From positions 1 through 50,456 of the forward strand of contig JANLWX010000130.1 in the NCBI GenBank assembly GCA_031364845.1: 50,456 bases of DNA. The letters are read 5' to 3'. Under the pieces are notes generated by a model. It worked only from the letters and a program-made list of their open reading frames with translations. It was not told the DNA's origin and did no database searches. The position numbers and the translations under genes are program-made. Numbering within the stretch: position 1 is the first letter of the stretch; each line of letters starts with the position of its first letter. The DNA is from Candidatus Eiseniibacteriota bacterium. GTDB taxonomy: Bacteria; Eisenbacteria; RBG-16-71-46. Positions 18,121 through 28,064 of the stretch are shown piece after piece.

Positions 18121-19197
18121 GCGGCTCTGCGCGCGGGCTAGCATGATCAGCGCGATGATCCCGAACACCACATCCCCGATCCACGCCGCGGCATACGGTG
18201 GCAGTGCACCGGTGTGACCGAGCGCCTGGCCGGTGCGCATCAGCGCGTAGTAGATGAACGAGATCGCGACCGAGAGACCGAAACCGACCGCGGCACTCTG
18301 CAGTCGCAGCTGTGTGGCGAGTGAGGCGCCGATGATGACGACGATGAAGTTGACGAGCGGGAACGCGAGCTTCAGGTGGAGGTCGACGAGATACCGCGAG
18401 ACGATGCCGCCGCTCGCGCGCAGGCGGTCGACGAACGCCCGCAGCTCGAAATAGTTCATCTCGGCCGGCGTGCGGTTCTCCTTCGCGAAGTCGGCGGGCT
18501 TTTCCTTGAGGCCTTCGATCACCATGCGGCCGAACGGCCGCGCGACTTCGTGATCGGTCGAGAACGTGCGCTCGATGCCCGAAGTGAACACCCACTGCTT
18601 GCCGTCCCACGTCGCCTCGGACGCGTCGATCCGGCGCGCCAGCGAGTCGCCGGCGAACTCCTGCAGCGACACTTCGTGCATGCGCTGCTCGCGCACCAGA
18701 TAGAGACGCACGTAGTAGATCCGCCCGCCCGAGCCGAGGTAGGTGAGATCCGGGCGCTCCGTCACGGTCTCGCGCCGCATGCTCTGGATCTGTTCCTCGT
18801 AGATGTCATCGCGCTCGCGATTGGCACCCGGCACCACGATCTCGCTCAGCATCAGTGCCACCACCGATGCGACGGCCGCCATTGCGAGCACCGGAGTGAG
18901 GATGCGGATCAGCGAGATCCCGGAGGCGCGCATCGCGGTCAGTTCGCCGAACTTGTTGAGCTGCCCCAGGGCGAGGAACGTCGCGAGCAGGAGTGCGACC
19001 GGCAGCACCTGGACCACGACTTCCGGTGCGCGGTACAGGTAGAAGCGCGCGATCAGGTCGAGCCCGGCGCGATGATCCAGGAACACATCGATCTTCTCGA
19101 AGATGTCGACCACGATGAAGATCACGATGAAGCCCGAGAGCCCGAGCACCAGGTAGCCGAGGAACTCGCGCATGACGTAGCGGTCGAGCAGTTTCAC
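18118..19197 (-). CDS. lptG: LPS export ABC transporter permease LptG
   Basis: (M)KLLDRY...LPVALLLA...ELTAMRASGIS...KLAFPL...LPPYAAAW; GTGA overlap with lptF. Confidence 0.9.
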   Translation of the reverse strand: MKLLDRYVMREFLGYLVLGLSGFIVIFIVVDIFEKIDVFLDHRAGLDLIARFYLYRAPEVVVQVLPVALLLATFLALGQLNKFGELTAMRASGISLIRILTPVLAMAAVASVVALMLSEIVVPGANRERDDIYEEQIQSMRRETVTERPDLTYLGSGGRIYYVRLYLVREQRMHEVSLQEFAGDSLARRIDASEATWDGKQWVFTSGIERTFSTDHEVARPFGRMVIEGLKEKPADFAKENRTPAEMNYFELRAFVDRLRASGGIVSRYLVDLHLKLAFPLVNFIVVIIGASLATQLRLQSAAVGFGLSVAISFIYYALMRTGQALGHTGALPPYAAAWIGDVVFGIIALIMLARAQSR

Positions 19198-20570
19198 GCG
19201 GCGCGGCTCACGGGCGAGGGCGCATGGCGGCGGGTGGGGAGCAGTTCGCATGCGCGCAGCGTGGAGAACAGACCCCACACGCCGAGCACGATGTTCGGCA
19301 GCCACATCGCGAGCCACGGCGGCAGCAGCAGCCGGTTCGCGAGTTCCTCGCCGCCCACCAGGCACAGGTAGTAGAACAGGAAGAAGCCGATCGACACGAA
19401 CGCGACCGCCGGACCTGCACGACGCACACGCATGCCGAGCGGGGCGCCGATCAAGACGAATACGATGCACGCGACCGGCAGCGAGAACTTCTTGTGGATC
19501 TCGACCGACAGGCCCGCCACGCGCCGGCGCAACTCGTCGCGCTCGAGCCGCATCAGGTCCAGCTCGGTGCCGATCGCGGGCTGCTCCTTGGCGAGATCTT
19601 CGAGCGGATCGCGGGCGGCGGTGAGCTGTCGCCACAGTACGGCGAGGCCGGCCGGCGAGAGGTGCGTCGCCTGGTCCACGCGCTCGAACTTCTCCGGCGC
19701 CAGGCCGAGGTTCTGCAGGCGCACCCGATGGACCGCGAGCGACTGTCCGTATTCGTGGCGGATGCGATTGCGCTCGGTCATGAGCGTTCGCGCGCTCATC
19801 TCGCGATCGCTGCGGCTGTCGCGGATCGAGCGTTCGAGAATGCCGCCGGCATTCGCGATGTAGAGCGTGTGCTGCTTGAAAACAAGACGCCGGTACTTGT
19901 GGGCGCCGGGTTCGTCCTGCGGGACGTCGTGGATCTCGCCGTCTCGCAGCTTGAGCACCGCGGTGCGGCCATCGGGCGTGTACGACAGGAACCCGCCCTG
20001 CGCGATGATCGTGGTCGGCGGCCCGCCGGGGTTGAACTGATAGATCGTCACCCCTTTGAGCTCGTTGGTGCGTCCGTTCACCGACTGGACGAGCAGGTTG
20101 TAGCCCGGGAAGTCGGTGACGAACGTGCCCTCCTGGAGTTTCACTGTCGGGCGCATGCGGCCGATATCGATGAGGAGGTTGGCGAACATGTGGTTCGACT
20201 CGGGGAGCACATGGTTGTTGAACATCGTGAGGCCCCACGTGACGAGGGCCGCGGCCGCGAGCGGACCCAGCAGAATGCGCCCGAGATTGACCCCACTCGC
20301 CCGCAGGGCGGTGATCTCGTTATCCTGCGACAGGCGCCCGAAGGTCATGAGCACCGCCACCAGGACGGCACAGGGCGCCGAGAGGGCCACGATATAGCCG
20401 AGGGACAACAGAAACAGCTGGGCCACGATCCCGATCGCCACACCCCGGTTCACGACCAGATCGAGGTAGTCGAACAGGACGTCCATTTCCAGAATGAACG
20501 TCACCACGCCGAACCCGAGAAGGAATGGAACCAGGTGGAGACGAAGGATGTACCAGTTCAGAATGCGCAT
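19194..20570 (-). CDS. lptF: LPS export ABC transporter permease LptF
   Basis: MRILNWYIL...GRLSQDNEITALRASGV...EIHKKFSLPVAC...IGAPLG...AMWLPN; start at ATG 20570. Confidence 0.9.
   Translation of the reverse strand: MRILNWYILRLHLVPFLLGFGVVTFILEMDVLFDYLDLVVNRGVAIGIVAQLFLLSLGYIVALSAPCAVLVAVLMTFGRLSQDNEITALRASGVNLGRILLGPLAAAALVTWGLTMFNNHVLPESNHMFANLLIDIGRMRPTVKLQEGTFVTDFPGYNLLVQSVNGRTNELKGVTIYQFNPGGPPTTIIAQGGFLSYTPDGRTAVLKLRDGEIHDVPQDEPGAHKYRRLVFKQHTLYIANAGGILERSIRDSRSDREMSARTLMTERNRIRHEYGQSLAVHRVRLQNLGLAPEKFERVDQATHLSPAGLAVLWRQLTAARDPLEDLAKEQPAIGTELDLMRLERDELRRRVAGLSVEIHKKFSLPVACIVFVLIGAPLGMRVRRAGPAVAFVSIGFFLFYYLCLVGGEELANRLLLPPWLAMWLPNIVLGVWGLFSTLRACELLPTRRHAPSPVSRAA
20527..20552 (+). promoter_or_regulatory. 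Second GGAACC-N16-TGTA motif, oriented toward sprA
   Basis: GGAACC(20527-32)-aggtggagacgaagga-TGTA(20549-52); lies antisense within the 5' end of lptF. Confidence 0.35.
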
Positions 20571-20630
20571 GGATCCGCACAGTACCCCACCGGCCCGGTT
20601 CGTTGCGAAGGTATTCTGGCTGTAAAAGCT

Positions 20631-20659
20631 TTGACCATCGAGAGTTGGCCTGCTAGGGT
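20631..20659 (+). promoter_or_regulatory. Putative sigma70 promoter of sprA
   Basis: TTGACC-N17-TAGGGT with an extended -10 TG. Confidence 0.55.
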
Positions 20660-20707
20660 CCGCGCCTCCGTCCCTCGCTGCGGGACCCACCCCCTGTTCG
20701 GAACCCC

Positions 20708-23700
20708 ATGCTGAGTCCGCTGAGCGTTCCCGCTCTGGCTCTTTTGATCAGCCTTCCCGGTTTCCCCGGTCTGAAAATTCCGGGGTTCGGCATGAAGGCC
20801 AAGAGGACCGCGGTTACCGATACCATTCCCACGCCGTGGAAGTCGGCGAGCCTGCTCGCGCTCGAAAACGAGCTCGTGCTGGGGGCGGTGGCCCCTACGC
20901 TCGTGCGCGCCGGTGTGGTGGCGATCACCGCCGATGCGCGCCGCTTCCGGGTCCAGGTCGACCCGGACTCGGGCGAGGTCAGCGTGATCCAGGAGCTGGG
21001 CGAGGTCCAGCTCGGCGGGGGTTCCCGCCAGACCCTCTCGGCTTACAACGCGGAACTCCTGCGCTCCACCTTCCGGCGCCAGTGGATGGAGAAGTCGCGC
21101 CAGAGCATCAACTCGCTGGGTGCCAACACCGCGGGGACCGGGCCGACCACCACCGGGCTGTCGTTCCAGCTTCCGGGGTTGCTGCCGCGGCAGGTCCAGA
21201 ATCTGCTCGGCCCCGGCAGCCCGTCGCTCAACGTCTCGGGCTCGGAGAACATCCGGCTCTCGGGCGAGAGCAACTGGACCAACCAGCAGACCGGCCAGCT
21301 CGGGCAGAAGCGCTCGCTGTTCCCCTCGCTCGACATGCAGCAGGACCTGGATATCCGTCTCGAGGGCCAGCTCTCCGACCGCATCCGGGTCAACCTGCTT
21401 CAGAACTCGCTCAACCAGATCCCGCTCGCCAACCGGATCGCGATCAACTACAAGGGCGACGAAGACGATCTGATCCAGGCGCTCGATCTCGGCAACACCA
21501 ACCTCAGCCTGCCCGGCACCCAGTACGTCTCCTACAGCGGACGCAACGAAGGACTGTTCGGCGTCAAGGCCGCGAGCCGTCTCGGGCCGGTGGACTTCAC
21601 GGTGCTCGCGAGCAAGCAGGAAGGCCGCAGTGAGCGCGCGTCCTACACCGGCGGTGCCACCCGCCAGACCTGGACCATCTACGCCCACGAGTACATCCGC
21701 GGCACGTACTTCTTTCTCTACGACCCCAATAGCGAGCTGCTCGACATCCCCGACGGGAACATCACGCTCTACCGCGACGACGGCAACTACAACAACACCG
21801 ACATCACGGTGCGCGGCCGTGCCTTCATGGACCCGCGCGCGGCGGACACGGACACGCTGTCGCTGCGTGGCAACTTCCGTCAGCTGCTGCAGGGGGCGGA
21901 TCAGGACTACGAGATTCTGCAGGACATCTACGGACCCCGCTGGAAGGTGATCAAGGTGCGCCAGCCGCTCAACTACGATCAGCGGCTCGCGGTCACCTAC
22001 ACCGCGAATGTGCTCGACAGCCAGAACAACGTGATCGGTCAGACCCGCGTCGGCGGCGACACGCTGTTCGTGAACGACGGCGGGACGCAGGTCGGGGAGT
22101 TGTCGATGAAGCTGATCCGCGCGCCGCTCGGCGAGCTCGATCGCGACACGCAGGGCAACTTCATCGATACGCTGTTCACGCCGGTGCGCCATCTCGAGCT
22201 CAAGAACTTCTACCAGCTCCCCGGGCAGCGCATCGATGCGACCAGCTTCCAGATGGAGATCAAGCGCGGGGATGACGAGCCGCCGCGGACTTCGCTGTCG
22301 TCGAGCACCGGTGAAGCGGTGCCCTACATCGAGGTGCTGGGTCTCGACAACTTCGACGAATCGAGCGGCCGTCCGGTCCGGGGCCGGGACGGCAAAGTCG
22401 ATGGCACCGCCAACAACGACGCAAAGTTCGGGACCCGCCTGTTCGTCGACTACGAGAACGGAACGCTCTACTTCCTCGAGCCGCGTCCGTTCGCGCCGCG
22501 GCTCAACTCCGGGTTCCCGTTCGAGGACGCGATTTCGGCGGTGCTCAATCGCCGGGTGAAGCTCGACGGCTCGCTGCCCACTCAGAACGAGCCCAATCCG
22601 GTGATCTACGACCGCTACAACCCCGAGCGCCGCGATGCCGACTACCGCATCATGGTGGACTTCACCGCCCAGAAGGTCGCCGGCGAGATTCCGCTCGGCC
22701 GCGGCAACATCATCGAAGGCTCCGAAGTGGTGACGGTCAACGGCCGCACGTGGGTGCGCGATGTCGACTACACCGTCGACTACGACCTGGGGCGCATCTC
22801 GCTCAAGCGCCAGCTCGGCCCGGCGGACAACCTCAGCATCGACTACTCCTATGCTCCGCTGTTCCAGCAGGCCGGTCGCACGCTGCTCGGCAGCGCGTTC
22901 CGCTACGACGGTCGCGACCGCAACCTGGGCGGCGCGTTCATGTACGAAAGCCGCGGCGCTCAGGACCTCCGTCCGCGGCTCGGCGAGGAGCCGGCGCGCA
23001 GCCTGATCGGAGACGTGAACGGGGAGTGGCGCTTCAAGCCCAGCTGGATGACCCGGATGATGGACCGCCTCCCGGGCGTGCGGACAACCTCGCCGTCGGA
23101 GTTCAACGTGCAGGCGGAGATGGGCGCATCGTTCCCGAATCCCAACACGCGCAACGAGGTGTTCCTCGACGACATGGAAGGCGTTCGCGACGCCGTGTCC
23201 GTCTCGATGGGCCAGGAACGCTGGCGCTGGTCGAGCGTGCCCGCCCGCAAGGTCATGGCGAGCGTCGTTCCCATGAACGATCTCCCGCGTGTTCACAACG
23301 CCGAAGTGCACTGGTATTCGCCGTTCGCCGTCGTCAAGGAGCGCGATCTCAAGCCGTCGCTGTCGGACGGCGAAGGAGCGCAGAACAACCGGCAGGTGCT
23401 GGCGATCTCGGTGCCGCGCATTCCGCGTAGCAGCGATCCCTCGCCGGTGCCCGGCGATCCGATCCCGGGCGATTCGCTGTGGGCGGGGCTCACCTATCCC
23501 CTCGATGCCTCGGGTCTCGATCTGTCGAAGGCGCAGTTCATCGAGCTGTGGGTGAACGACTTCAACGACTACCACACCGGCGTGCCGGTCCCGCGCGTGC
23601 GCGGCCATCACTTGAAGCTGCACGTCGACCTGGGGGCGGTGAGCGAGGACCAGCAGCGTTCGCCCGACGAGCCCGGGAACAACCAGCTCGACAGCGAGGA

Positions 23701-26700
23701 CCAGGGTCCGCTGCGCGACAACCAGCTGGTTGTCACCGACAACAACAACGAGGACACCGGCTACGACGGCCTGCTCGACGAGAAAGGGGAGCGCGATTCG
23801 GTGCGCACGCGCACGCCGCTCGATCTCACGACCGCCTCGCCGAGTGATCCGCAGGGCGACAACTTCGAAACGCCGGTCGACGGTCTCGAGGAAGTCGACA
23901 CGCGCCGCTTCAGGACCACGAACGGCGTCGAAGGCAACAAGGTCATCTTTCCCTACCCCGACACCGAGGACTTCAATCTCAACAACGCGATCGATACCAA
24001 GGAGAGCTACTTCGGTTACACCATCGATCTCGGCGACGCGATCCAGCCGTATCTCGTGACCGACGTGCAGCGCGACTACAGCGGCCGGTTCGCGATCCCG
24101 GCCGACAACGGGTGGCGCCGCTACCGCATTCCGATCGCCGATGAGCGGCGGGAGCAGTTCGGCACGCCCGATCTCGCACTCGCGCGCCAGGTCCGCGTGT
24201 GGATCGAAGGCATTCGCACGCCCGACGACACGAGTGCCACGGCCACGGTGATCCGCCCGCTGCTGATGCTCGGAAGCCTGGAGATCGTCGGCAGCCGGTG
24301 GCGCGCCGTCGATCTGCCGGCGGCGGCTCTCGACTCGGGCTCGACCGTGACGCTCAACTCGGTCAACACCATCGACAACGCCGAGATCTACGAGCCCCCG
24401 TTCGATCCGGGCGAGACCCGCAGCGGCAACCAGACGGTGACGCGCCGCGAGCAGTCGCTGTCGCTCGAGTTCACGGAGCTTCGGCCGGGCATGCAGGTCG
24501 AGGCGTTCAAGGCGCTGTCGATCGAAGAGGACTACACGCGCTACCGGAAGCTCGGCTTCTATGCCGCGTCCTACGGCGTCACCGATTACGACGCATCGAC
24601 CGACACCACGCTCCACTACTTCGTGCGCTTCGCTTCGGACGAAGTCGGGCGCAACTACTACGAATATCGCGCGCGGCTCCCGCGCTCCTCACGCGGCGAC
24701 TCGGTGTTCTGGCAGCAGGTCGTGCTGCCGCTCACCGATCTCGCCAATCTCAAACTGAGTGTGGATTCGGGCAGCAACCAGGACTCGATCGTGGCCGCGG
24801 GTGCGAATCCGGGCGAGCGCCTGAGCGTGGTGGGGCGGCCCTCGTTCACGCGGTTGCGCCGCATCTCGTTCGGGCTCGAGAACGCTTCCGGCCGGACCTT
24901 CCGCGACGGCCAGTTGTGGTTCAACGAGCTGCGGGCGACCGACGTCGAGAAGACCGCCGGGCGCGCGCAGCGCGCACTGGTCAACGGGCGGCTCGCCAAC
25001 GTGCTCACCTACAGCGCGTCCTACAGCGGACGCGACGCCAACTTCATGAGTGTCGGCGAAACGCGAGGCGCCGGCAGCTCCAACGATCAGTACTCGCTCA
25101 GCACGTCGTTCGACCTGCACCGGTTCTTCGAGGGCACCGGCATCATCATGCCGGTCACCTACGGCTACTCGCTCGCGACGTCCAAGCCGCGCTTCAGCGC
25201 GGGCGACGACGTCGTGCGCACCGGCGCCTATGCGAGTGCCAGCGAATCGCGCTCGGACAACTCCAACTGGTCGGCCTCCTACTCGCGCACGTGGAGCGAG
25301 CGGTCGAACGCGCTGCTGCGCTACACGGTCGGCGGCCTCACGGCGGGCATCAATCAGACCGTGGCCCACAGCCGCTCGGCGAGCACGGTCGACACCTCGA
25401 CCTCGACCAACAGCTACCTCAACTACCGGCAGTCGTTCCGTAAGCTGCTCTCGATCCCGATCCCGTTCTTCAAGAAGGCGCGCATCTTCCCGCTGCCGGA
25501 GGGCCTGTCGTGGTCCTACACCTCGGCAACGCGCGAGTCGCGCACCTACGATCGTCTGCGCGATTCGACCGCGTCGCTCGTGCTGCGCAGCAAGAATCGC
25601 GGGCGCGCGGCGGCGCTCTCGTTCGGAGCGGACTTGCGCCCGATCGATCTGCTGACCTATCACGTCGAGGGTCTGCGCAACCTCACGCTCGAGGACGCAC
25701 TGAGCGAACACCTGGCCGGCGTGAACATCGGACGCGTCACCAACCTGAGGCAGAACACCAACGCGAACTACACGCTGAATCGCGGTCCATGGCTCCGGCC
25801 GTCAATGTCGTGGAGCACGAACTTCGTCCAGGACAACGGCCCGCAGCTGTCTTCGGATCTCAGCGTGCGTCAGGTTTCGAGCGGGCAGAGCTACTCCCTG
25901 CGCTGGGAGCTGCCGTTCGAAAACACGGCGAGCCGCCCCGGCGTGCGCGACAGCACCAAGCGCGGTCTGCCCTGGCGCCAGTGGATCGCGCGTCTCGGCA
26001 ACGTTTCTGCGGACGCGGCCTTCAACCGTTCGTCGGCGTACTCACGCATCGTGGGGAGTCCGGACTTCGCGTATCTGTTCGGGTTCTCGGACAATCCCGG
26101 GCTCACGGGCGACAAGCCGCGCGCCCTCGCCGTGTTCGGAAACCAGATCAACAAGACGCACGACTGGCGCACGACCGGCCGTACGCGGCTCAATCTCGGA
26201 CTCGGCTCGTTCCTCAACACGCAGGCCGAGTTCAGTTCGCGCGTGAGCGAGTCGAACGGGGTCGAGCAGCGCAACGACGCATCCCGGTTCCCCGATCTGC
26301 GTTTCGAGTACGGCCGGCTCCCGAACGTGATCCGGCTCGACAAGTTCCTCGTGAATCCGACGGTCGCCACCGCCTACAACCGCAATCGCCAGACCCTTTA
26401 TCAGAACAGTGCGGCCGATCCGACCAGCATCTCGACCGCGAGCCAGTGGCAGCCGCTCCTGAGTCTGCGTGGTGCGCTCAAGAATGGCGCGAACGTCGAG
26501 CTCGGCGTCGAGCGTCGCAACACGCAGCGCGAGAACTTCCAGCTCGGACATTCGATCCAGACCGACCGCCAGACCACGATCAACATGAGCCTCAACCGTT
26601 CGTACACTCAGGGTCAGAAGGTCTCGGTGCTCGGCAAGACTTCGACCGTGCGCAGTCAGATCAACATGGGCGTTTCGGCGAATTTCGAGAAGCGCAGCGG

Positions 26701-26914
26701 CGAGACGAAGGTCGATCGCGGCGGCCAGAGCGAGCCGGTCGTCCGGAATCCGTCGAGCGAGGACCGCCTGAGCGTGCAGGGCAACGGCTCCTACGGGTTC
26801 AGCACCAATGTGACCGGCACCGCGACCCTCGGTTTCCAGCAGAACCGCGATCTCCAGAAGGACATCGTGCGCCGCAGCATTCGCATCGAGCTGCGCGGGT
26901 CGTTCACGTTTTGA
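20708..26914 (+). CDS. sprA: SprA/Sov-like very large outer-membrane beta-barrel (T9SS translocon family)
   Basis: 2068 aa. Contains YKGDEDDLIQ...LGNTNLSLPGTQYVS...EGLFGVK, ELKNFY, LGLDN...DGKVD, GSEVVTVNG...DYTVDYDLG, DLGAVSED, EDTGYDG, DTEDFN, WFNELR, and an aromatic barrel C-terminus (LRGSFTF). Confidence 0.85.
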   Translation: MLSPLSVPALALLISLPGFPGLKIPGFGMKAKRTAVTDTIPTPWKSASLLALENELVLGAVAPTLVRAGVVAITADARRFRVQVDPDSGEVSVIQELGEVQLGGGSRQTLSAYNAELLRSTFRRQWMEKSRQSINSLGANTAGTGPTTTGLSFQLPGLLPRQVQNLLGPGSPSLNVSGSENIRLSGESNWTNQQTGQLGQKRSLFPSLDMQQDLDIRLEGQLSDRIRVNLLQNSLNQIPLANRIAINYKGDEDDLIQALDLGNTNLSLPGTQYVSYSGRNEGLFGVKAASRLGPVDFTVLASKQEGRSERASYTGGATRQTWTIYAHEYIRGTYFFLYDPNSELLDIPDGNITLYRDDGNYNNTDITVRGRAFMDPRAADTDTLSLRGNFRQLLQGADQDYEILQDIYGPRWKVIKVRQPLNYDQRLAVTYTANVLDSQNNVIGQTRVGGDTLFVNDGGTQVGELSMKLIRAPLGELDRDTQGNFIDTLFTPVRHLELKNFYQLPGQRIDATSFQMEIKRGDDEPPRTSLSSSTGEAVPYIEVLGLDNFDESSGRPVRGRDGKVDGTANNDAKFGTRLFVDYENGTLYFLEPRPFAPRLNSGFPFEDAISAVLNRRVKLDGSLPTQNEPNPVIYDRYNPERRDADYRIMVDFTAQKVAGEIPLGRGNIIEGSEVVTVNGRTWVRDVDYTVDYDLGRISLKRQLGPADNLSIDYSYAPLFQQAGRTLLGSAFRYDGRDRNLGGAFMYESRGAQDLRPRLGEEPARSLIGDVNGEWRFKPSWMTRMMDRLPGVRTTSPSEFNVQAEMGASFPNPNTRNEVFLDDMEGVRDAVSVSMGQERWRWSSVPARKVMASVVPMNDLPRVHNAEVHWYSPFAVVKERDLKPSLSDGEGAQNNRQVLAISVPRIPRSSDPSPVPGDPIPGDSLWAGLTYPLDASGLDLSKAQFIELWVNDFNDYHTGVPVPRVRGHHLKLHVDLGAVSEDQQRSPDEPGNNQLDSEDQGPLRDNQLVVTDNNNEDTGYDGLLDEKGERDSVRTRTPLDLTTASPSDPQGDNFETPVDGLEEVDTRRFRTTNGVEGNKVIFPYPDTEDFNLNNAIDTKESYFGYTIDLGDAIQPYLVTDVQRDYSGRFAIPADNGWRRYRIPIADERREQFGTPDLALARQVRVWIEGIRTPDDTSATATVIRPLLMLGSLEIVGSRWRAVDLPAAALDSGSTVTLNSVNTIDNAEIYEPPFDPGETRSGNQTVTRREQSLSLEFTELRPGMQVEAFKALSIEEDYTRYRKLGFYAASYGVTDYDASTDTTLHYFVRFASDEVGRNYYEYRARLPRSSRGDSVFWQQVVLPLTDLANLKLSVDSGSNQDSIVAAGANPGERLSVVGRPSFTRLRRISFGLENASGRTFRDGQLWFNELRATDVEKTAGRAQRALVNGRLANVLTYSASYSGRDANFMSVGETRGAGSSNDQYSLSTSFDLHRFFEGTGIIMPVTYGYSLATSKPRFSAGDDVVRTGAYASASESRSDNSNWSASYSRTWSERSNALLRYTVGGLTAGINQTVAHSRSASTVDTSTSTNSYLNYRQSFRKLLSIPIPFFKKARIFPLPEGLSWSYTSATRESRTYDRLRDSTASLVLRSKNRGRAAALSFGADLRPIDLLTYHVEGLRNLTLEDALSEHLAGVNIGRVTNLRQNTNANYTLNRGPWLRPSMSWSTNFVQDNGPQLSSDLSVRQVSSGQSYSLRWELPFENTASRPGVRDSTKRGLPWRQWIARLGNVSADAAFNRSSAYSRIVGSPDFAYLFGFSDNPGLTGDKPRALAVFGNQINKTHDWRTTGRTRLNLGLGSFLNTQAEFSSRVSESNGVEQRNDASRFPDLRFEYGRLPNVIRLDKFLVNPTVATAYNRNRQTLYQNSAADPTSISTASQWQPLLSLRGALKNGANVELGVERRNTQRENFQLGHSIQTDRQTTINMSLNRSYTQGQKVSVLGKTSTVRSQINMGVSANFEKRSGETKVDRGGQSEPVVRNPSSEDRLSVQGNGSYGFSTNVTGTATLGFQQNRDLQKDIVRRSIRIELRGSFTF

Positions 26915-26967
26915 GCCGCGCCATGGCGACGCGCCCGCGCACCGGTTCATCGCATGATGGCGTGCGG

Positions 26968-27861
26968 ATGCGGGCCGCACTCGCGCTCGCGTGCGTGCTC
27001 GCGTGCGCCGGATGCGCGTCGGAGTTCGCCGTCGACGGCGCGCGCATGCAGGCGCGAATCGTCCATCAAGTCGGAGCGGGCCCGCGCATTCCCGGCACTG
27101 CGGGCCATGCGGCGATCCAGAAGTGGATCGCGGACGAACTCGAGCGTCTCGGCGGCGAAGTCGAACGCCAGACGTTTGTCGACTCCACACTCGGGCGGCC
27201 CATGGCGCTCACGAATCTGATCGGGCGCTTCGGACCCGCGGGCGGAAGCCGGATCGTCCTGTGCGCCCACTGGGACTCGCGGGCGGTTTCCGACCGCGAT
27301 GCCGACTCCACGCACCGCGCCGATCCCGTTCCCGGTGCGAACGACGGCGGCTCGGGAGTCGCCGTGCTGCTCGAGATGGCGGAACTCATGCGCCAGAAGC
27401 CGCCGGCGGTCGGAGTCGATCTCGTATTCTTCGACGGCGAGGACCAGGGTGAGGCCACGCGCAGCGACCAGTTCTGCCTCGGCTCGCGCGCCTACGCGGC
27501 GCGTGTCACGCGGGGCACGGTGCGCGCCGCGTTCCTGTTCGACATGGTCGGCGACCGCGACCTCGCGATCCACCCCGAGGTCCATTCCAGCCGCCGGGCG
27601 GCGAATCTGGTGGCGATCGTGCTCGACGGGGCCCGCGCGACCGGGGCCCGGCACTTCCACGCGGAGCCGCGCTGGGAGCTGACCGACGATCACATCCCGC
27701 TGCTCGACGCCGGAATTCCTGCGGTGGACATCGTCGATTTCGATTATCCTGCCTGGCACACCCACCGGGACACGCCCGAGCAGACGTCGGCGGAGAGCCT
27801 CGCCGAGGTCGCCCGGGTCGCCGCGTGGCTCGTCTATCGGAGCCCGCTGGCCCGGCCCTGA
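26968..27861 (+). CDS. M28-family lipoprotein, glutaminyl cyclase-like
   Basis: Lipoprotein-like signal MRAALALACVLACAGC; GPRIPG, AHWDSR, GANDGGSGV, FFDGED, CLGS, DMVG, DDH, WHT. The start may be 26923. Confidence 0.85.
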   Translation: MRAALALACVLACAGCASEFAVDGARMQARIVHQVGAGPRIPGTAGHAAIQKWIADELERLGGEVERQTFVDSTLGRPMALTNLIGRFGPAGGSRIVLCAHWDSRAVSDRDADSTHRADPVPGANDGGSGVAVLLEMAELMRQKPPAVGVDLVFFDGEDQGEATRSDQFCLGSRAYAARVTRGTVRAAFLFDMVGDRDLAIHPEVHSSRRAANLVAIVLDGARATGARHFHAEPRWELTDDHIPLLDAGIPAVDIVDFDYPAWHTHRDTPEQTSAESLAEVARVAAWLVYRSPLARP

Positions 27862-27865
27862 CAAG

Positions 27866-27895
27866 ACCCGAACGCCCGATTTCCGGGTTTCGGGT
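27866..27895 (+). terminator. Hairpin after the M28 gene
   Basis: ACCCGAA..CCCG-atttc-CGGG.TTCGGGT; no clear U-tract. Confidence 0.4.
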
Positions 27896-27976
27896 ATGGT
27901 GCACGCATCCTCGCGGTGACGGGTTTGCTCCATGGCCCCGCGGAGCGGTCGCGTGCCTGACGGGGCCAAATGCCGC

Positions 27977-28004
27977 TTGCCCGCCGGTTCCCCTTTAATA
28001 TACT
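27977..28004 (+). promoter_or_regulatory. sigma70 promoter of the rimP-nusA-infB operon
   Basis: TTGCCC-N16-TATACT in an AT-rich patch. Confidence 0.65.
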
Positions 28005-28012
28005 GTGCCGTC

Positions 28013-28047
28013 AGGAGTGGGGCAGGTGCGACCACTCCCTTTTGTTT
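28013..28047 (+). promoter_or_regulatory. rimP leader terminator/attenuator hairpin
   Basis: GGAGTGG-N11-CCACTCC followed by CTTTTGTTT; matches the widely conserved GAGTGG...CCACTC-U-tract element upstream of rimP. Confidence 0.75.
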
Positions 28048-28064
28048 CCCTATCCGGAGCGAAA

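Noticed and set aside
20558..24616. 1352-aa antisense ORF, and similar long ones at 7624-10104, 14526-17219, 28352-30130, 30423-32420 and 47273-48691
   Set aside because: These are shadows of strongly GC3-biased sense genes. They show no recognisable motifs and overlap confidently identified genes.
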